Position numbers and translations under genes: made by a program. Positions 40,864-54,900 of a DNA stretch of 64,000 nucleotides are shown here, piece after piece. Each line of letters starts with the position of its first letter. Position 1 is the stretch's first letter. The notes under the pieces are model-generated. The model saw only the letters and a program-made list of their open reading frames with translations, was not told the origin of the DNA and did no database searches. The DNA comes from Balanoglossus misakiensis (Eukaryota > Animalia > Hemichordata). The stretch lies in contig CM082578.2 of the NCBI GenBank assembly GCA_040954595.2, positions 1,470,831 to 1,534,830 of the forward strand. The letters run 5' to 3'.

Positions 40864-42291
40864 TATTCAATGTTTTTTAACGAATTTGGCTAATTTGTGG
40901 CCGTGTGAAAAATATAATCTCACACACCAAAGACCTGGGATCATATTTCTCACGCTCATCAGGGATATTTTGTCCCACACTCGCCTGCGGCTTGTGTGGG
41001 ACACTAAATCCCCAACTCATGTGTGAAATATGATCCCAGGTCCTTGGGGAATGGGAGATTCTAGTAATCCCACACTCTGGCAGATTTGAAAGCATTATAT
41101 GTGCAATACATGGACAGAAACTTCAATGTGCCAGCAATCTAATTAGTATCAGATGTAGAGTTAGGCGCTTTTGATAGGTTTGGCTATTCTGTTCTCTTAG
41201 CTTTGGCTGTTCTGTTCTCTGTCTTGGCTGTTCTGTTCTCTGTCTTGGCTGTTCTCGGGTGCACACATCTCTTTCATACAGAACAGCCAAGAATCAGCGA
41301 AAGTAAAGAAGGCGCCTAATTCTACATCTGATTTTAATCAGATTGATGTGCCAAGTGACAGTTACACGAGAAGTAGAATCTCAAACACCGAGGAACCTGA
41401 AATAAGATTTCTGACACTCAAACTAAAATATTGCATCTCACACTCACCTTTGCCCATGAGAAGAAATCTAACACCATATCCTTTGGGATGTATTAGATTC
41501 GGTTAATCTCCTACATGGGACGCAAGACCTGTAATTCATTTTCCATAGCCAACAATGGGAGCTTTGAGCTAAATATTCCTATTTTATAACATTCAGCGAG
41601 CCAAATTCCATTGCATGGTTTTATCTTTGATGTTATATTCTGCCATTATATTTTCCAAGAAATAAAAATGACTCAGGTGAAGTATTTGAGCCCCAGTAAC
41701 TCTAACATTTGACTGTTTTTTCAGTATTTTTCTCCTGTGTCATTTTCTTCTTTTACTCTTTATAGCTTTTCAACAAAGTCTGTATATAAGCAACGGCCAT
41801 TGTTATTGTAGAAAATGAATTCGAGTCTCGACTTCATTCAATTTTCATCAATAACAATGCAGATTACTACAAAAGGGCTGTTTTGAAATAATATCTTAGT
41901 ATAATTTCTGGCACTCGACGTAGTCAAGGGGTTTAACCCTAATGCTACTGGGTGTCATATCTGTTCAGCGTGTCATGTCCCTTAAAAACCTATATGCCAT
42001 TTTTCTTCTAAAATATATTTTGACTGTCTTGACATGGCTCTCATACGTACTTAGACACACTTGGCAGTCTGAACCCCCTGTAAAATGTACCAAATCGCAC
42101 TGGTTTGCACTGTATTGGTTTGAGGGTCTTGTATAGGCCCAACTGATTAACACACACTTGGCAGCCTAACATGCCTGGGAGCCAGGATTCTAGGCACCCT
42201 GGAAATTAGTCTGGTCCCCTGCCCCAATCCCACCGCTGGCTGCGCTACGCTAAAGGGAAAGGGGTCAGGTACGGCCCGATTTCACACCCAG

Positions 42292-45200
42292 AAACCTGGG
42301 AAGACCATGTGATCATAAACAAGATGGATGCCTCCAATGTCCGTACGTGTTGGTCAACACTCATTCGCTGTCATGGAAGGGGATCATGACAAAGAAAGAA
42401 AAGAAAAATTACACAGTAGAACTTCAAATGAACAGCTCTTTGTTGTAGTACAACAGAGAAGGTAACGCCACAACCTATCAAATGTCACAGAATTCATCAA
42501 AGTATGAGCCCAGGAAAAAAATTCCAGACAATTTAAAGTGAAAGGATCGTCGCGCTGCGTTTGTTTGTTTATAAACATTACAAGTCATCCACAAATCCCT
42601 GAAATTAGATCATTCTTAGAATGAACGGAGCAGCCAACTGTAGCGTAGACTGGGCATGAAAGCAACTGAAGATCTTAGTAGGTCGTGGTGACTACAGTGG
42701 GGTTTGTGCTGGTATGGGAGGACATATTCTCATCAAGGGGGACAGCCCTTCCCTTTAAACTCGACATACAGCCTATCAGTTAACTTTTCGTATCAATCAA
42801 AATTGACTAGGAAAGATCAAAATGTCTGGCTTTTTTCATTAAGGTTAGTGAATTTAATAACTGGAAGTTGTGAAAAAAAGTACCATTTACTCTCCCACAA
42901 ATCAAGAGTCTCATATTTTTGAGGAATGATTCTCAGAAAATCTTGTTCAGTTGCTTTGCAGGGTCTTTATGGCCGTCCTTGTTATAATGTTTCTCATTTT
43001 CTGACTCTTTCTGTTGTTTGTTTTATGCAGATACAACCGCTGGCTGCAGAGATCTCGGCAGACTGATCTGACTGAAATTGCAACACTGCATTGTCTCTAT
43101 CAGTCTGGAGTGGATTATTTTGGTCGACCTGTCATTTTCTTTGTTGGCAGAAATTTCCCAGCAGCTTCCATTGACCTTGACAAGGTAATTAAAGCTCCAT
43201 TAGCTTTATCTTTTCGCTACGTTTTCAGTATTTTTGTTTTGTTTATTTACTGCAGTTCTTTTTTTTCAAATTCCTGAAGCATGATGAAATGCCCAGCAAT
43301 TTGCTTATTGAGTTATGACAACCAGTAATTGATCCCATTTCAGTGAGCAGAACAATACAAATAATATTTCACAAGAAAATTTAAATAACTAAAATAATGT
43401 CAAAAATGAGTGACTTTGTCCCTTTAACCAATTTTTTCACATCTGAAGTGTTTTTTTGTCCACAGTTAGCTATTTTCTCTATCAGTGTTTTATCAGATCT
43501 CTGATTTTTTTTTCAGGCTGTGCTTTATCTGATTCAGCAGTTGGATCCCATTGTGAACAAGGATTACATTGTTGTGTACTTCCATACACTCAGTTCTCCG
43601 GCTAACCATCCAGACATCTCCTGGATTAAACAGGTCTACAACTTGTTAGATTTTCGATGGAAGAGGAACCTCAAAGCATTTTACATCATTCACCCAACAC
43701 TGTGGTCAAAGGTCAGTTGCTAAGGTTACTTCTGTTTCTAACATACAGAAGCCTAGATTTTCATCTCTGAATGTAAAATACAGTAAAATCTATCTAAACT
43801 GGGCACCATAGGGACTGAAAAAAATTGTTCAGTTTGCTGAGGTGTCCAGTTTGTAGAGGTATCCTGTGGTTCTATGTTAAAGGGCTTGTGAAAGATGTTT
43901 GGTATAGACAGGTTTCCAGATTAGAGAGAGTTCAGTTTAGATAGATTTTGCTGTAGTATGGGGTTATGTGTAAAAAAAATGCCATATGTGGATGAAAGCC
44001 TTGTTTGTGGCATATTAGACGACCAATGACAGAGTCCAATAGTTCACATAGGGAGCCAAAGTTCATATGTGGTCATGTTTTGTGTATGATTCATTGTTTA
44101 ACACTTTCATTAGTTAATTAATTGATTAAGGGGGTATTGCATGAAACCGTCAAGACTTTTTCAGAGGCCTATTTCTCATCAAACACTACGTTAAAACCCC
44201 CTATAAACCATACATATTCTGGAAGCTAAGTCTTTGAACTTTTGTTTGAGATGCATGTTTTATTGACCCCCGGAAATGGTGGCCAATCAACGCAAAGCAA
44301 AGCTACTTAGATCTAAAGTTGTTAAAAGTGGCAGAAATGCAGACCAAGAAAAACGGCAATGTGCATTGTTGACACTTATTTCTTCAACTGCGGACTCATT
44401 CAGAAAAGTGCTATTTTGGGTGATTATGTACCATTTCTGCCAAGATGCATTTGTCAGAATGTGGGTCAGTATTAGACCTACCGATTATGTAAAAAAGAAA
44501 AAAATTGGTAAAAATCATAACTTTTCATGTAAGGTAAATATTTAAAAACAAGGGAGGAACACAATGCCTTCATTACAAGTTGTCACACACAGTAGAAACA
44601 CTTGTCAATTTGTTTTGGGATTCCAAACCACTCCAAATTTGTGTAACTTTCCAAGGTTATGCAAATTTCAAGCTTCACTCTGTTCAAGGGTGAGAGCCAA
44701 TGTGTTTTGTTCTAATATCAACTTCAACCCCTTGTGTTGTCTTTGTGGGTGTTGGTGGTGTCACTGACTCCTTGGTGGCTGGTGTCAAACTGGGGAGGCT
44801 AAACCCCCATTGAAATCAGTCTGTTGGGAATAAGTGCAAATGTACATAACTGTGGAAGGAATTTGTTCTGCTATGCTCACTTTAGTTGAGAGAATGAACC
44901 TGATTAGAAATGTTTTAAGTTCATTTTAGTTCATATGACCTACATGCTGAGTGTGCATGTTCTGTGACATCTTTTGCCTTTTTGAAGTGATCAACGCATC
45001 TGAACCAGAGTTTTCTTTAGCTGTTGGTGAAATAAGAAATATGTACTACCTAAATATTAAATAATAATTAAGACAAAGCATACCTATCCTTGTGAGGTCA
45101 AAATGGGCATCATAGATTATCAGAGATGGTGGTGGTGGTGGTGGTGCATAGTATGTTTTAAAAATGATGAAATTACTGTTTAGAAATCCTTTTTTAAACT

Positions 45201-46325
45201 CCCTGGCTAAAGAGAAAAAAGGGTGTTTATTAACTGAAAATGTCATTAGACATCAAACTTTGGTGTTTGTTTATGATTACCAGTCACTTTTATAATCTTA
45301 ACATTGTTTTATTGGAGAACCGTTTTGATATGTGGTGACAACATGGTTTCATGAAATTCTTTTTAATGAGTGAAAAGAATTGAAAGCACACTAATTATAT
45401 TTCAGATAAAGAAAGGAGATGGTTGAAGTACCTTACTTTATCTAACAGACTTACGAGTTTTGTATGATATGTTCATGCTTATGTAGTTTATCTGTTCCAT
45501 TTCAGGTTTTGACGTGGTTCTTCACAACATTCACAGCATCGAGTCTCAAAACGCGTGTTCACACTCATTCAGGAGTCAAGAACCTGTATAATCTCATCCC
45601 TCCAGAACACCTGGATATTCCACCTTTTGTTTTGGACCATGACATGAAAGTGAGTATCATTTTGATGCTTATAGGATGATTTTCTTACAATTACTTTGTG
45701 CAAATAGGGTGTTCTTACACTGCTGGCATGCTGATAGTGTGGGATCAGAGTGTGTGAACAAATCGATCCCACATTCTCACTGAATGGGAAACTGTATATA
45801 ATGCGAGCGCTGATTGGATGACAAAGCATTCTTTTATTACCAGGCGCTAAATGTTATCCATTGGCGCAAAGTGTAATACATGGACAAAAACTACAACGTA
45901 CGAGACGACATTTACAGTCAATTATTCAATGTTTCTAATGCGAATTATAATTTGGCTTTTTTTTGTCGTGAGAGAAATAGAATCTCACACACCAAGGACC
46001 TAGGATCATATTTCTCACACTCGTCGGGGATATTTTGTCCCACACTCGCCTGCGGCTCGTCTGGGACAGAAAATCCCCCACTTGTGTGAGAAATATGATC
46101 CCAGGTCCTTGGGGAATGTGAGATTCTATTAATCTCAATTCTATGTTTTGGTAAAATGTGGATGTCAAAACTTTTCATTTTCTACAAAAATGGTCTACAG
46201 TGAAATGGTTTGGTTGTATAATATGTAAACTAATCTCTTGGCATTTTCTTAATTTTTTTGCAACTTGGGTCAATGGTCCAGACTACTACATTTCAGCCAG
46301 TGATGACAGTAAAGATGGCCTGTAA
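42292..46325 (+). pseudogene. GDAP2: GDAP2 3' fragment (linker + CRAL-TRIO/BCH domain): exons 42292-42461, 43031-43184, 43517-43711, 45506-45649, 46269-46325
   Basis: HSFAVMEGD...YNRWL...LYQSGVDYFGRPV..VGRNFP...IDLDKAVLYLI...YFHTL...KRNLKAFYIIHPT...TWFFTTF...IPPFVLDHD..NGP matches the GDAP2 C-terminus. No macro-domain exons are seen upstream, the last acceptor is GG (46267-46268), and there is an apparent 4-bp insertion at ~42345. Confidence 0.85.
45810..46130. mobile_element. Hairpin-terminated repeat; a second copy is split by the nested HINEs (~36840-36952 + ~40863-41063)
   Basis: Shared gattggatgac...aatgttatcca...actacaa body and gatcatatttctcac...gtgagaaatatgatc hairpin. Confidence 0.6.
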
Positions 46326-46691
46326 AATGAGATGCAGTTGACAACAAACCAGAGTGGTAGTTAAAAACAGATTTCATGGTACAGTAGAACCTTCTAAACC
46401 GAACACCAAAGGGACTGAAGGAATTGTTTCAGTTTGCAGAGGTGTCTGGTTTATACAGGTTCTTTTAATATGTGGTTCTATGTCAAAGGGACAGGAAAAT
46501 GTGTTCAGTATAGACAGGTTTCAAGATTAGACAGGGTTTGGTTTAGACAGGTTTTACTGTATTTGTAATATCTTTCAGTGGTGTTTGACATCACACACAT
46601 GTGGACAAATGTTACACATGTGCTAACCATTGACTTGGTACCAAAATGCTTTCTTTCTTATTTTGTCAACATTTTGAATGCTGCAATATTG

Positions 46692-47140
46692 AACACCTAT
46701 TGCCTGGCCATGAGGGCCATAGCAGCCGTTTATTACACCCGAGGGGCTGTGCGTTACCAGAATCACATGGTATTTCCCGAGGCCGCAGGCCGAGGGAAAT
46801 AGCATATGATTCTGGTAACTCACAGTCACGAGGGGGTAAAAACGGCTGCTATGGCCCGAATATAGGCCAGGCTATAGGTGTTTTATAATAAACCTCATGC
46901 TAACAGCTGGGAAAATCTTGCAATTTTCTCTTGAGGTTGGCAGACGACATCTTCCGCGGTGGCCATTGTGTCAGACGAAGCGACGCTGATTGACGTGACC
47001 GAGTCTGCGCACTCACGCTGGTCACGTGACCGGTTTATATTTTTTCTGCTATTTCCCTAGCGGTTCATAGTCAATTCTATTTTCCTATCACGTGACGGAT
47101 TCTGGCGAATCACGGCACAGTATTAGCATGAGGTATATTA
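46692..47140. mobile_element. Hairpin-terminated element adjacent to the start of duplication block B
   Basis: ~190-bp palindrome (46692-46882) with a GCC-GCA-GGC loop; CCTCATGCTAA (~46893) pairs with TTAGCATGAGG (~47124). Confidence 0.6.
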
Positions 47141-47261
47141 TAACTAAGCATATGTCTCTGATTCTAGAAAATTAATAAGATATATCAGTATTATGACAAA
47201 AGTTAAAAAAATATCCATCAATGTAAATGTTATCTTTATTTTTTAAATAATTTTTGTTCAG

Positions 47262-50200
47262 GTGACTTTCGTTGCTCCAATGGTAATTGTATAAATCCTG
47301 ACTGGGTTTGTGATGGTACAGTGGACTGTGGTGATGGTGATTTCTCTGATGAGATTGGATGTGCAGGTAAGTTTTTGGCAAGTGGTCTGAAACAATCATC
47401 TCTACGCTCTCCTCAACATCATTGCAAAGTGGGCCCAGGTGATGAGACCAAGTTTCCTAAATGTGTGGTATAGTGTACTTTTGGCTTGAAGTCATCATGC
47501 AAATGAATCTTGTAAATATGCGTGACAACTCTTATGTGCCAACCTCAAACTACTAGACCGTAATTTATTTGTATGATCATCTCCTTTGCAACTACAGACT
47601 ACTTTTGAACTGTCAGCAGAAAGTCTGATCCTCAAAGAATTTCGTACTGTAAAACAGGAAATTTTCGCGAGCGATAAATATTTCGCGAACTATGCGAGAG
47701 CCAAAAAACACGAAAATAAAAAAGTTGTGTAAAAATGTTTTTCGAAGATAACAATGCCGTGAAATATGAGAATGCGAAAATCAATCATCGCATAAAAGTT
47801 ATCACTTTTGATATCACGAAAAATTTCCTGTTTTACAGTATGTCATAATTATAAATCAGAAACAAAACTGGGTCAAGTATTTTAAGAATCTGGCATCTGT
47901 CACGCTGATAGTTTGAGCTTAGAGAATAATAATATGCTGTTCTTGGAATTTTCGGGTGTGATAAATGTCGTTTCAAAATTTTTACATTTGATTTATACTA
48001 ATATAAAATTGGTTTTATACATGTACAATGGATACTCACTGTTGGTGAAGTAATTTTATCATCAATGAAATTTCTTCAACTTGAAGAGCAGAAGCTTTAT
48101 GACCATTCATCACACAAATAAACCCTTTCTTTTTATTTTGATGATGTTCAGGAACATGTGGTGGTTTGGAAACTGGTGTCTCAGGGACCTTTCACAGCAC
48201 TGGATACCCAGATGATAATTATTACATTCTACAAGAATGTATTTGGACAATCCAGGGACCTGCAACATCCAGAATAAAAATTGAGGTACAGTAAAACTTG
48301 TCCAATCTGGAAACCTGCCTATACAGAACACCTTTTCCCATCCATTCGTCGTACAAACACAATTTTAAAGGAACCTCTATAAAATAAACTGGACACCTGT
48401 ATTAAAAAGTTTCTTCCTTATAACAAACTATCTATAACTTCAGGCTAGTTTATCAGTATTTTTGTTTTGTGTATAAAACACATTTCCTGTCCTTATGAGT
48501 AACCCATCACACCCCTGCAGCTCTCTGCTTGTCAACAAGTCATGTGTATGTACTGACCATTGTTATTATTTACAAATGTTTTCAAACAACAACAATGCCA
48601 ATTGTGCACTCATAGATTTCAATGAGAAGATTAAGACTATGGATTTAACTCTGCCCTGGGGAGCTGAACAAGAAACTATGGTTGATACACAGAATAGAAA
48701 TACTGAAAAATGCAACAAGTTACAACTAATGGGGCTTAAGTCATGAATCTGTGTTTATTTTCATGTATATTGGCTTGAGACAGCTCACTATTTATGATGT
48801 GTGTTGTAACATTTTGTTTTTATTCTTTTCAGTTTCCGTATTTTGACACTGAACTTTATCATGATACTGTTGTCATTGTCGATGGGTCTGTGTTTGACCA
48901 ATCCAAAGTTCTTGCAACATATAGTGGACCGGACCAGCCTGATGAAGTTATTAGCAGTGGTAATGCAATGTTGGTGAAATTTCTCTCAGATAGTTCGCAT
49001 ACTGCTACTGGCTTTGAAGCATCTTAGCAAGCAGGTAATACTAAGTTTTGTATATGTACATACTTTAAAACGAGAAATTAATGCTCTGTGTTTACCTTAG
49101 GCAAATATTGTCTCTGAAACGTTTCGAATTTTACCCTGTGTGAACCAGGTATAACATTATAGATTGCACGTGTAGGCAATATTGGCCCTACCTTGACTGT
49201 GATCTTGCTGATGTTCTGTTTGTGAGGTGTGTATGTTAAGATGACTTTTTCTTTCTTCCAGTGTATTCTTTGTGTGGTGGGAATTTCATAGCACAGTCAT
49301 ATAAACAGAATCTCAGCAGTACAGAATATTTTGAAGGCAAGAATTATCTCAACAATGAAGATTGTAACTGGCAGCTGGCATCATTCACAACAGAATTTGT
49401 TGTCACTTTACAGGTAAATAGAAGACTACATGTAGATGAATTCATATTTTTACTCTTTTTAACCATTCATTTCATGTTATTAGTGGATTCAGATGCAATT
49501 AATCGTGTGAGTTGTTTGACAGCATGACAAAAATTAGTAATTGTATTTTTAAAAAAACATTTTATTTTTGTCATTTCTGGTCAATTCTCAGTAGCCACTT
49601 TTCTGATTTCTTAAAATTTGGTTTACAAGGACCAAGTATTTTTATTATGGTGTACATAAACATGTGTCAAATATCAATACTGGGGAGGAGGGGGGTGGGT
49701 AGTTTTAGACATTTTTGGTCCAAAAGTCCACTCATGTCAGAAACGGCTCTTCCAGTTGTTTTGGATTTTGGTTTATTGGGATGTGAAAATATTCTTCATC
49801 AGATTTATTCTTATATTACCTCATCAATGCTAAAGGTGCCCTTATAGGGACAAAGTCTCTCTCTCTCGCTACCCTTTTCCCAGTTATTATGTTTGATACA
49901 AGACACCGTTTATGTTGTTCTACATGAGGATATATAGTGAATCAACATTCAACCATTTTTAGGATATGAGAGTAAAAATCTCGCCCAAAATGAAGCGGGA
50001 TGGAATGTTGATTCACTATATATCCACATGTAGAATAACATAAACGATAATCAAACGATAATTAATGGAAAAGGGGCAGCGAGAGAGAGACTTTGCCCCT
50101 TAATGGTTTTGTGTAGGAAATTGTGATCACTATGATTGTACGGTATGTCACATTTAAATGTACATATCAAATGGGAGCACAGTGTCTTTGATGCTATTTT

Positions 50201-50416
50201 TTATATCTTTTCAGTTTATCTCCTTTGCAACAGAAGATGGGGCTGATCAAGTGTCTGTATACGATGGCGCTGAACTGAATCCCGTCCTCCGACTTGCTTT
50301 ATTTTCTGGGATGGAGTTACCCAATGTCATCATATCTTCCAAAAGTGTGATGAGAGTTGACTTTAAGAGTGATGATGCAGTTACAATGAGAGGTTTTCAT
50401 GCACATTACTGGGCAG
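47262..50416 (+). pseudogene. uif-like copy B: LDLa (47262-47366), CUB1 (48152-48285, 48833-49034), CUB2 (49262-49413, 50215-50416); Trp>stop at 49025-49027
   Basis: [29 protein letters not shown] (LDLa) and CUB motifs. TAG here versus TGG at ~57944. Confidence 0.85.
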
Positions 50417-50812
50417 GTAGGTAACGCATTCAAATTGATCAAGATGTTGTTTGAATGAAGAGGCAATCAAGGATTCATGATACAAGAGAATAATGTTTTA
50501 TAGGGACAAAGTCTCTCTCTCTCTACCCTTTTTCCAGGAATTATGATGATACAATACAGCATTTATGTTATTCTACATGTGGATATATAGTGAATGAACA
50601 TTCAACCACACACAACTTCCATCCCACTTGTAGACATAAGAGTGAAAAAACTCGCCAAAATGAAAAATCGGTCTCTACCGTTTATTCATTTTGGCAAGAT
50701 TTTTACTCTCATATCCTACAAACGGGATGGAAGTTGTGCGTGGTTGAATGTTCATTCACTATATATCCACATGTAGAATTACATAAACAGTGTCTTGTAT
50801 CAAACATAGTTA

Positions 50813-51976
50813 TAGTGCAGGAGCTAAACCCAAAATTTGGGCATAATTGTGCACTTTGGGTTAAAAGCATGAAACTTGGTACACTTATGCATTGACCCAT
50901 GGCGGCCATTTTCTGATATGGATCCAAAACGACAGCGCCCTCTAGCGGCCAGAAACAGACATTTATACTTTAAAATTGTACACTTCGGGTTAAAAGCATG
51001 AAATTTGGTACAATTATTCATTGACCCATGGCGGACATTTTCCAATATGGATCCAAAAAGACAGCGCCCTCTAGTGGCTAGAAACTGACATTTACACTTT
51101 TCCCCCCATTAATGACACTTTTTGGGCAAGTTTAACACTCAGAGACAGAAATGTGGGTTGTAAAACATGCTTGCTGCCATACATTCCTTTTAATATTATC
51201 CTAATCCTGATGTACATGTATCAGATCAATCTTGTATGTTACTAATTGAACGATTTGTTCTTCGAAATAACAGACCAGTTTTATTCACAAAGTCATGCAA
51301 AGGGGTAAGACAGCACCTCTTCTCCAGAAAGTCAAGGGTTCTCGAGAATACAGGCAGCTCCTAAAGAACATGTGCTGTGAGAAACCTAGCAAAGCTATAT
51401 CAAACCAACAGAATCCCAGTGGAAATCAAGTTAGACAACTCTTAGTCAAGCCCAAGAAAAGAGTCAACCACAGGAAATCAGTTGCAAAAAGTCATACACA
51501 TGTTTCTGTAGGTGCTTTAGATCTAGTCTTGCAGCAGTGGTCATTGTTACTGTGAAGGAAGATGTCATCAAGATTGATCTGATACATGCATATCAGGATT
51601 AGGATAATATACACATGAATGTATGATACCAACCATGTTTTACAACCCATATTCCTGTTTCTGAGTGTTACAAATTACCAAAAAGTGCCATTAATGGGGA
51701 AAGTGTGAATGTTAGTTTATGGTCACAAGAGGGCGCTGTCATTTTGGATCCATATCAGAAAATGGCCGCCATGGGTCAATGCATACGTGTACCAAGTTTC
51801 AGGCTTTAAACCCGAAGTGCACGGTTTTTAAGTATGAATGTATGTTTCTGGCCACTAGAGGGCGCTGTCATTTTGGATCCATATCAGAAAATGGCTGCCA
51901 TGGGTCAATGCATAAGTGTACCAAGTTTCATGCTTTTAACCCAAAGTGCACGATTTTTTGGTTAACTGCCCCACTA
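50813..51976. mobile_element. 1.16-kb long-TIR element (TAGTG...CACTA, TA duplication) nested in a Kolobok-like MITE; possibly Academ-related
   Basis: ~400-bp inverted arms with internal ~126-bp repeats. The host MITE rejoins as catagttaatgg. Copy at 59736-60899. Confidence 0.65.
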
Positions 51977-54900
51977 TAATGGAAAAAGGGCAGCGAGAGA
52001 GAGAAACTTTGTCCCTTTAAATCACTTAAAATCCTTCCCAAAGAATTTCAACCCAGTAAGAATTGTAAGGATCACAAATATATCTTCCTTTGCCATTCTT
52101 TCTGGAGGTTTATAAGCTCATCTGATACTGGGTCATTATGGAACTTTTTAACAGAAAAAATAACAAAATGTGAAAAAAGTTAAATGAGTTTAATTTGCTA
52201 ACTACATGTATAACGACAGAAATGTTTGACCTAAGGAAAAATGTCTGTCTTTTTCAAAACGTTGTATTATACTTCTGTGTTATTCGAACTTTAATACAAG
52301 TGACAGTATCAGAGGACAGATTTGGCACAGACAAAATTCGTATAAACAAACCACAGAGAAAACGTCAAAAGGGAGCGATTTATAAAATTATCAATTCCAC
52401 GAGTTTGCAAATTAAAGTTAAAGATATACAGTTTCATTGGTTGGATAGAGCGGTCTGGAAGCATGGGTGGATTTTTACCTGGTGTCTGTTTACCTGGTAA
52501 AAATAGGTTATTGTTCTCCCCTGCTTTTCATAGCGGATTTTTTAACACGTCTCCTCGAGATCAAACATTAATGAGCGATTAAAAGCGCTTCGTATACTTT
52601 TTGTGGGTCGAGTTGTGTTTTTCGTTTTATTTGGTCATTAATTCGATCAGAATGTTTATTGTTGTATTGTAAAAAGCTTGGATTTTATGTTTCAGTTATG
52701 CAGAGTGCTTAAGTATGCTCGACTTGCGTGGCAATTCTGCAAAGATATTTGGAGCATTCTGTGGAATTTAATTGATTTGGACATGAGTTTGTTGTTTGGT
52801 TGGTCATGGAACAACACGTGACATTGTCTGCATGACATTCTTTAGGGTGTTTCAATTCTGTAAATGACATGAGGTGGTTAATTGCCTGTTGGTACTAAAC
52901 AGCACTCTCCCCGAGTCTAGTGGAACATTATTTTTGGGGATCTGGATTTCGTGTGCAGACGTCATTATTGCGTGACTGATACGGCGGGTATCGATTGGAA
53001 TAGGCCCTATCGTTAACATAGAAGTTCATTCTTGTTCGGGCGACCCAGGAAGGCATAAGCTTGACGTGCCTAAACTTTGTCGGACATTGTCCGACCATCA
53101 CGGCTGCAAATTGGTTCAAGTTCGGTGTAGCCTGCTCCAATAGAAATGGCGAAATTAAGTATAAGGTAACAACCCGAATGGGCCACTTTTTCACTCACAG
53201 CGTCCCTATAAAACCACAGTAAGTGATAAAACAAAAGCTTAGGTCGACTTTTCATCAGCTGGAAAAACACACAACTATTAAAATGGTTAGAAAATATAGG
53301 AAATGTCCTTATGCGTATGAAAAGCAAAGAATGAGACAGGGTCAATGAAGCCAAACTCGTGTCTTCGTGCACACGAAGACGCCCGAGCCGTTCATCATCA
53401 TGGTATTCCTCTGGGAATCTCTTGGCAACTGCATCGCGTGTACCGAGTCAGAACATGTAAATACTGACTTCTGCCATAGACGTACCAGGTGCTTCGACGA
53501 GTTGGCCTTCTGCGTTGTAGTTTTTGGCTTTACTAGTGAAGCCGAAGGCCAAAACCAAGGACCGTGACTAAACTGAAAAGCCCCCCCCCCCCCCCCCCGC
53601 CCTCTCCAGTTTTTGTAGTAGCAATGTTCTTCATGCCTATCCCAATTCTACCGCTGGCTGCGCTGTCACAGTGACCTCAAGCCAGGTCAAAATTGAGCTG
53701 AAAGGCAAGTTCCGTCTACATACTGATATTTCTTGGTTTCTTCGCGTATAAACTCAGGAATACTATGCCCCTGAAGCCTCGGCTGGTTTTGATGCACGTT
53801 ATCATGTTTTAATTAGTCAAAGACCCACGGTAGCAAAGTAGGTAATTGTCTTTTTTTCACGCGGATCCTTTGGTCATATATTCTGCCTGCAGCCCAGCCT
53901 GCAGCCCCATATTCGCTGATATTGTCACGTTCCTCGATAGTTATTATAATAATAAGCTAGAGACGGCCTTGTAGACTCTGAATTTTAGACTAGGAACGAC
54001 TCAGCTGGCATATCGTACCACTTTTTCTGTGACATTGCCGACCGGCCCGGCGCAACTACCGAGGAAAGATACGGGTGTGCTCGTGGGAATTGTCAACTAC
54101 CCGTTCATCGTTCGACTGCACAGCACAGATCATTGATAACACATTTCGAACTTATTTCGGAATTCTGGCAAAATTTTCGGAATGTCCTTTAGTTTCTTCA
54201 CCAGACAGAAATTTTGCCATCACCTTGATGCAACTGTATCATAATTTGTCTTTTAAGTTTAATCACACCAAAAACAGCCATTTCCTGGAAACTGTCGTGT
54301 TTTCTCTCTAAAAAATCAGCTGAACATTTTGGTTCGAAGGAAACTTCAGCCTTCAGGAGATTTTCCCCCACAAAAATTCAGCCGAAAGAGACGGATCACA
54401 CACCTTTGGAAAGGTGTGATGCAAAATCTCATGTCACATTTATAAACCTTTAATTCACCAATATCATGTTTTCATATAGGGAATTTTGAAATTAGTTTGG
54501 AACATGTTTGATGTGTTATAAACTGATTTATTTTCAGATTTTATGGTGGGCACTTGACAGTAATTGAGGGTTATTCTGAAAATCTTTATGCTGGAGCAGA
54601 GATTGTAAACCAGATTGAAGAGACTTCCAATGAAACAGCGAACCATGGTTGGATTGGTGAGTGTGTCTTTTCAGTATTTCTCAGTGTTCCCAAATAATTT
54701 GTGGGTGTATCAAGTGTAAAAAATAACTGGTTTTGGAATTTGACAGTTTACAAGTGAGCACTGCATATTAACACTTGAATGATAATTGTCTCAATATGGT
54801 AATTGAAAAGCCTATTTTTTACATCTCAATCACCTCATAAAATCTTGCCAAGTGACTCTGTATGCAGTTTTTCATCCAGACGGAGGGATGAGGGAATTCG

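Larger units (their letters stand above)
47166..52238 (+). repeat. ~5.07-kb segmental duplication, near-identical to 56086-61161
   Basis: Exons, introns and TEs are collinear at an offset of ~8920, with only scattered substitutions and indels. Confidence 0.95.

Noticed and set aside
50590-51979. Short ORFs with repeated KCTKFHAFNPKCT motifs
   Set aside because: They arise from subterminal repeats of a non-autonomous TIR element and show no transposase motifs.
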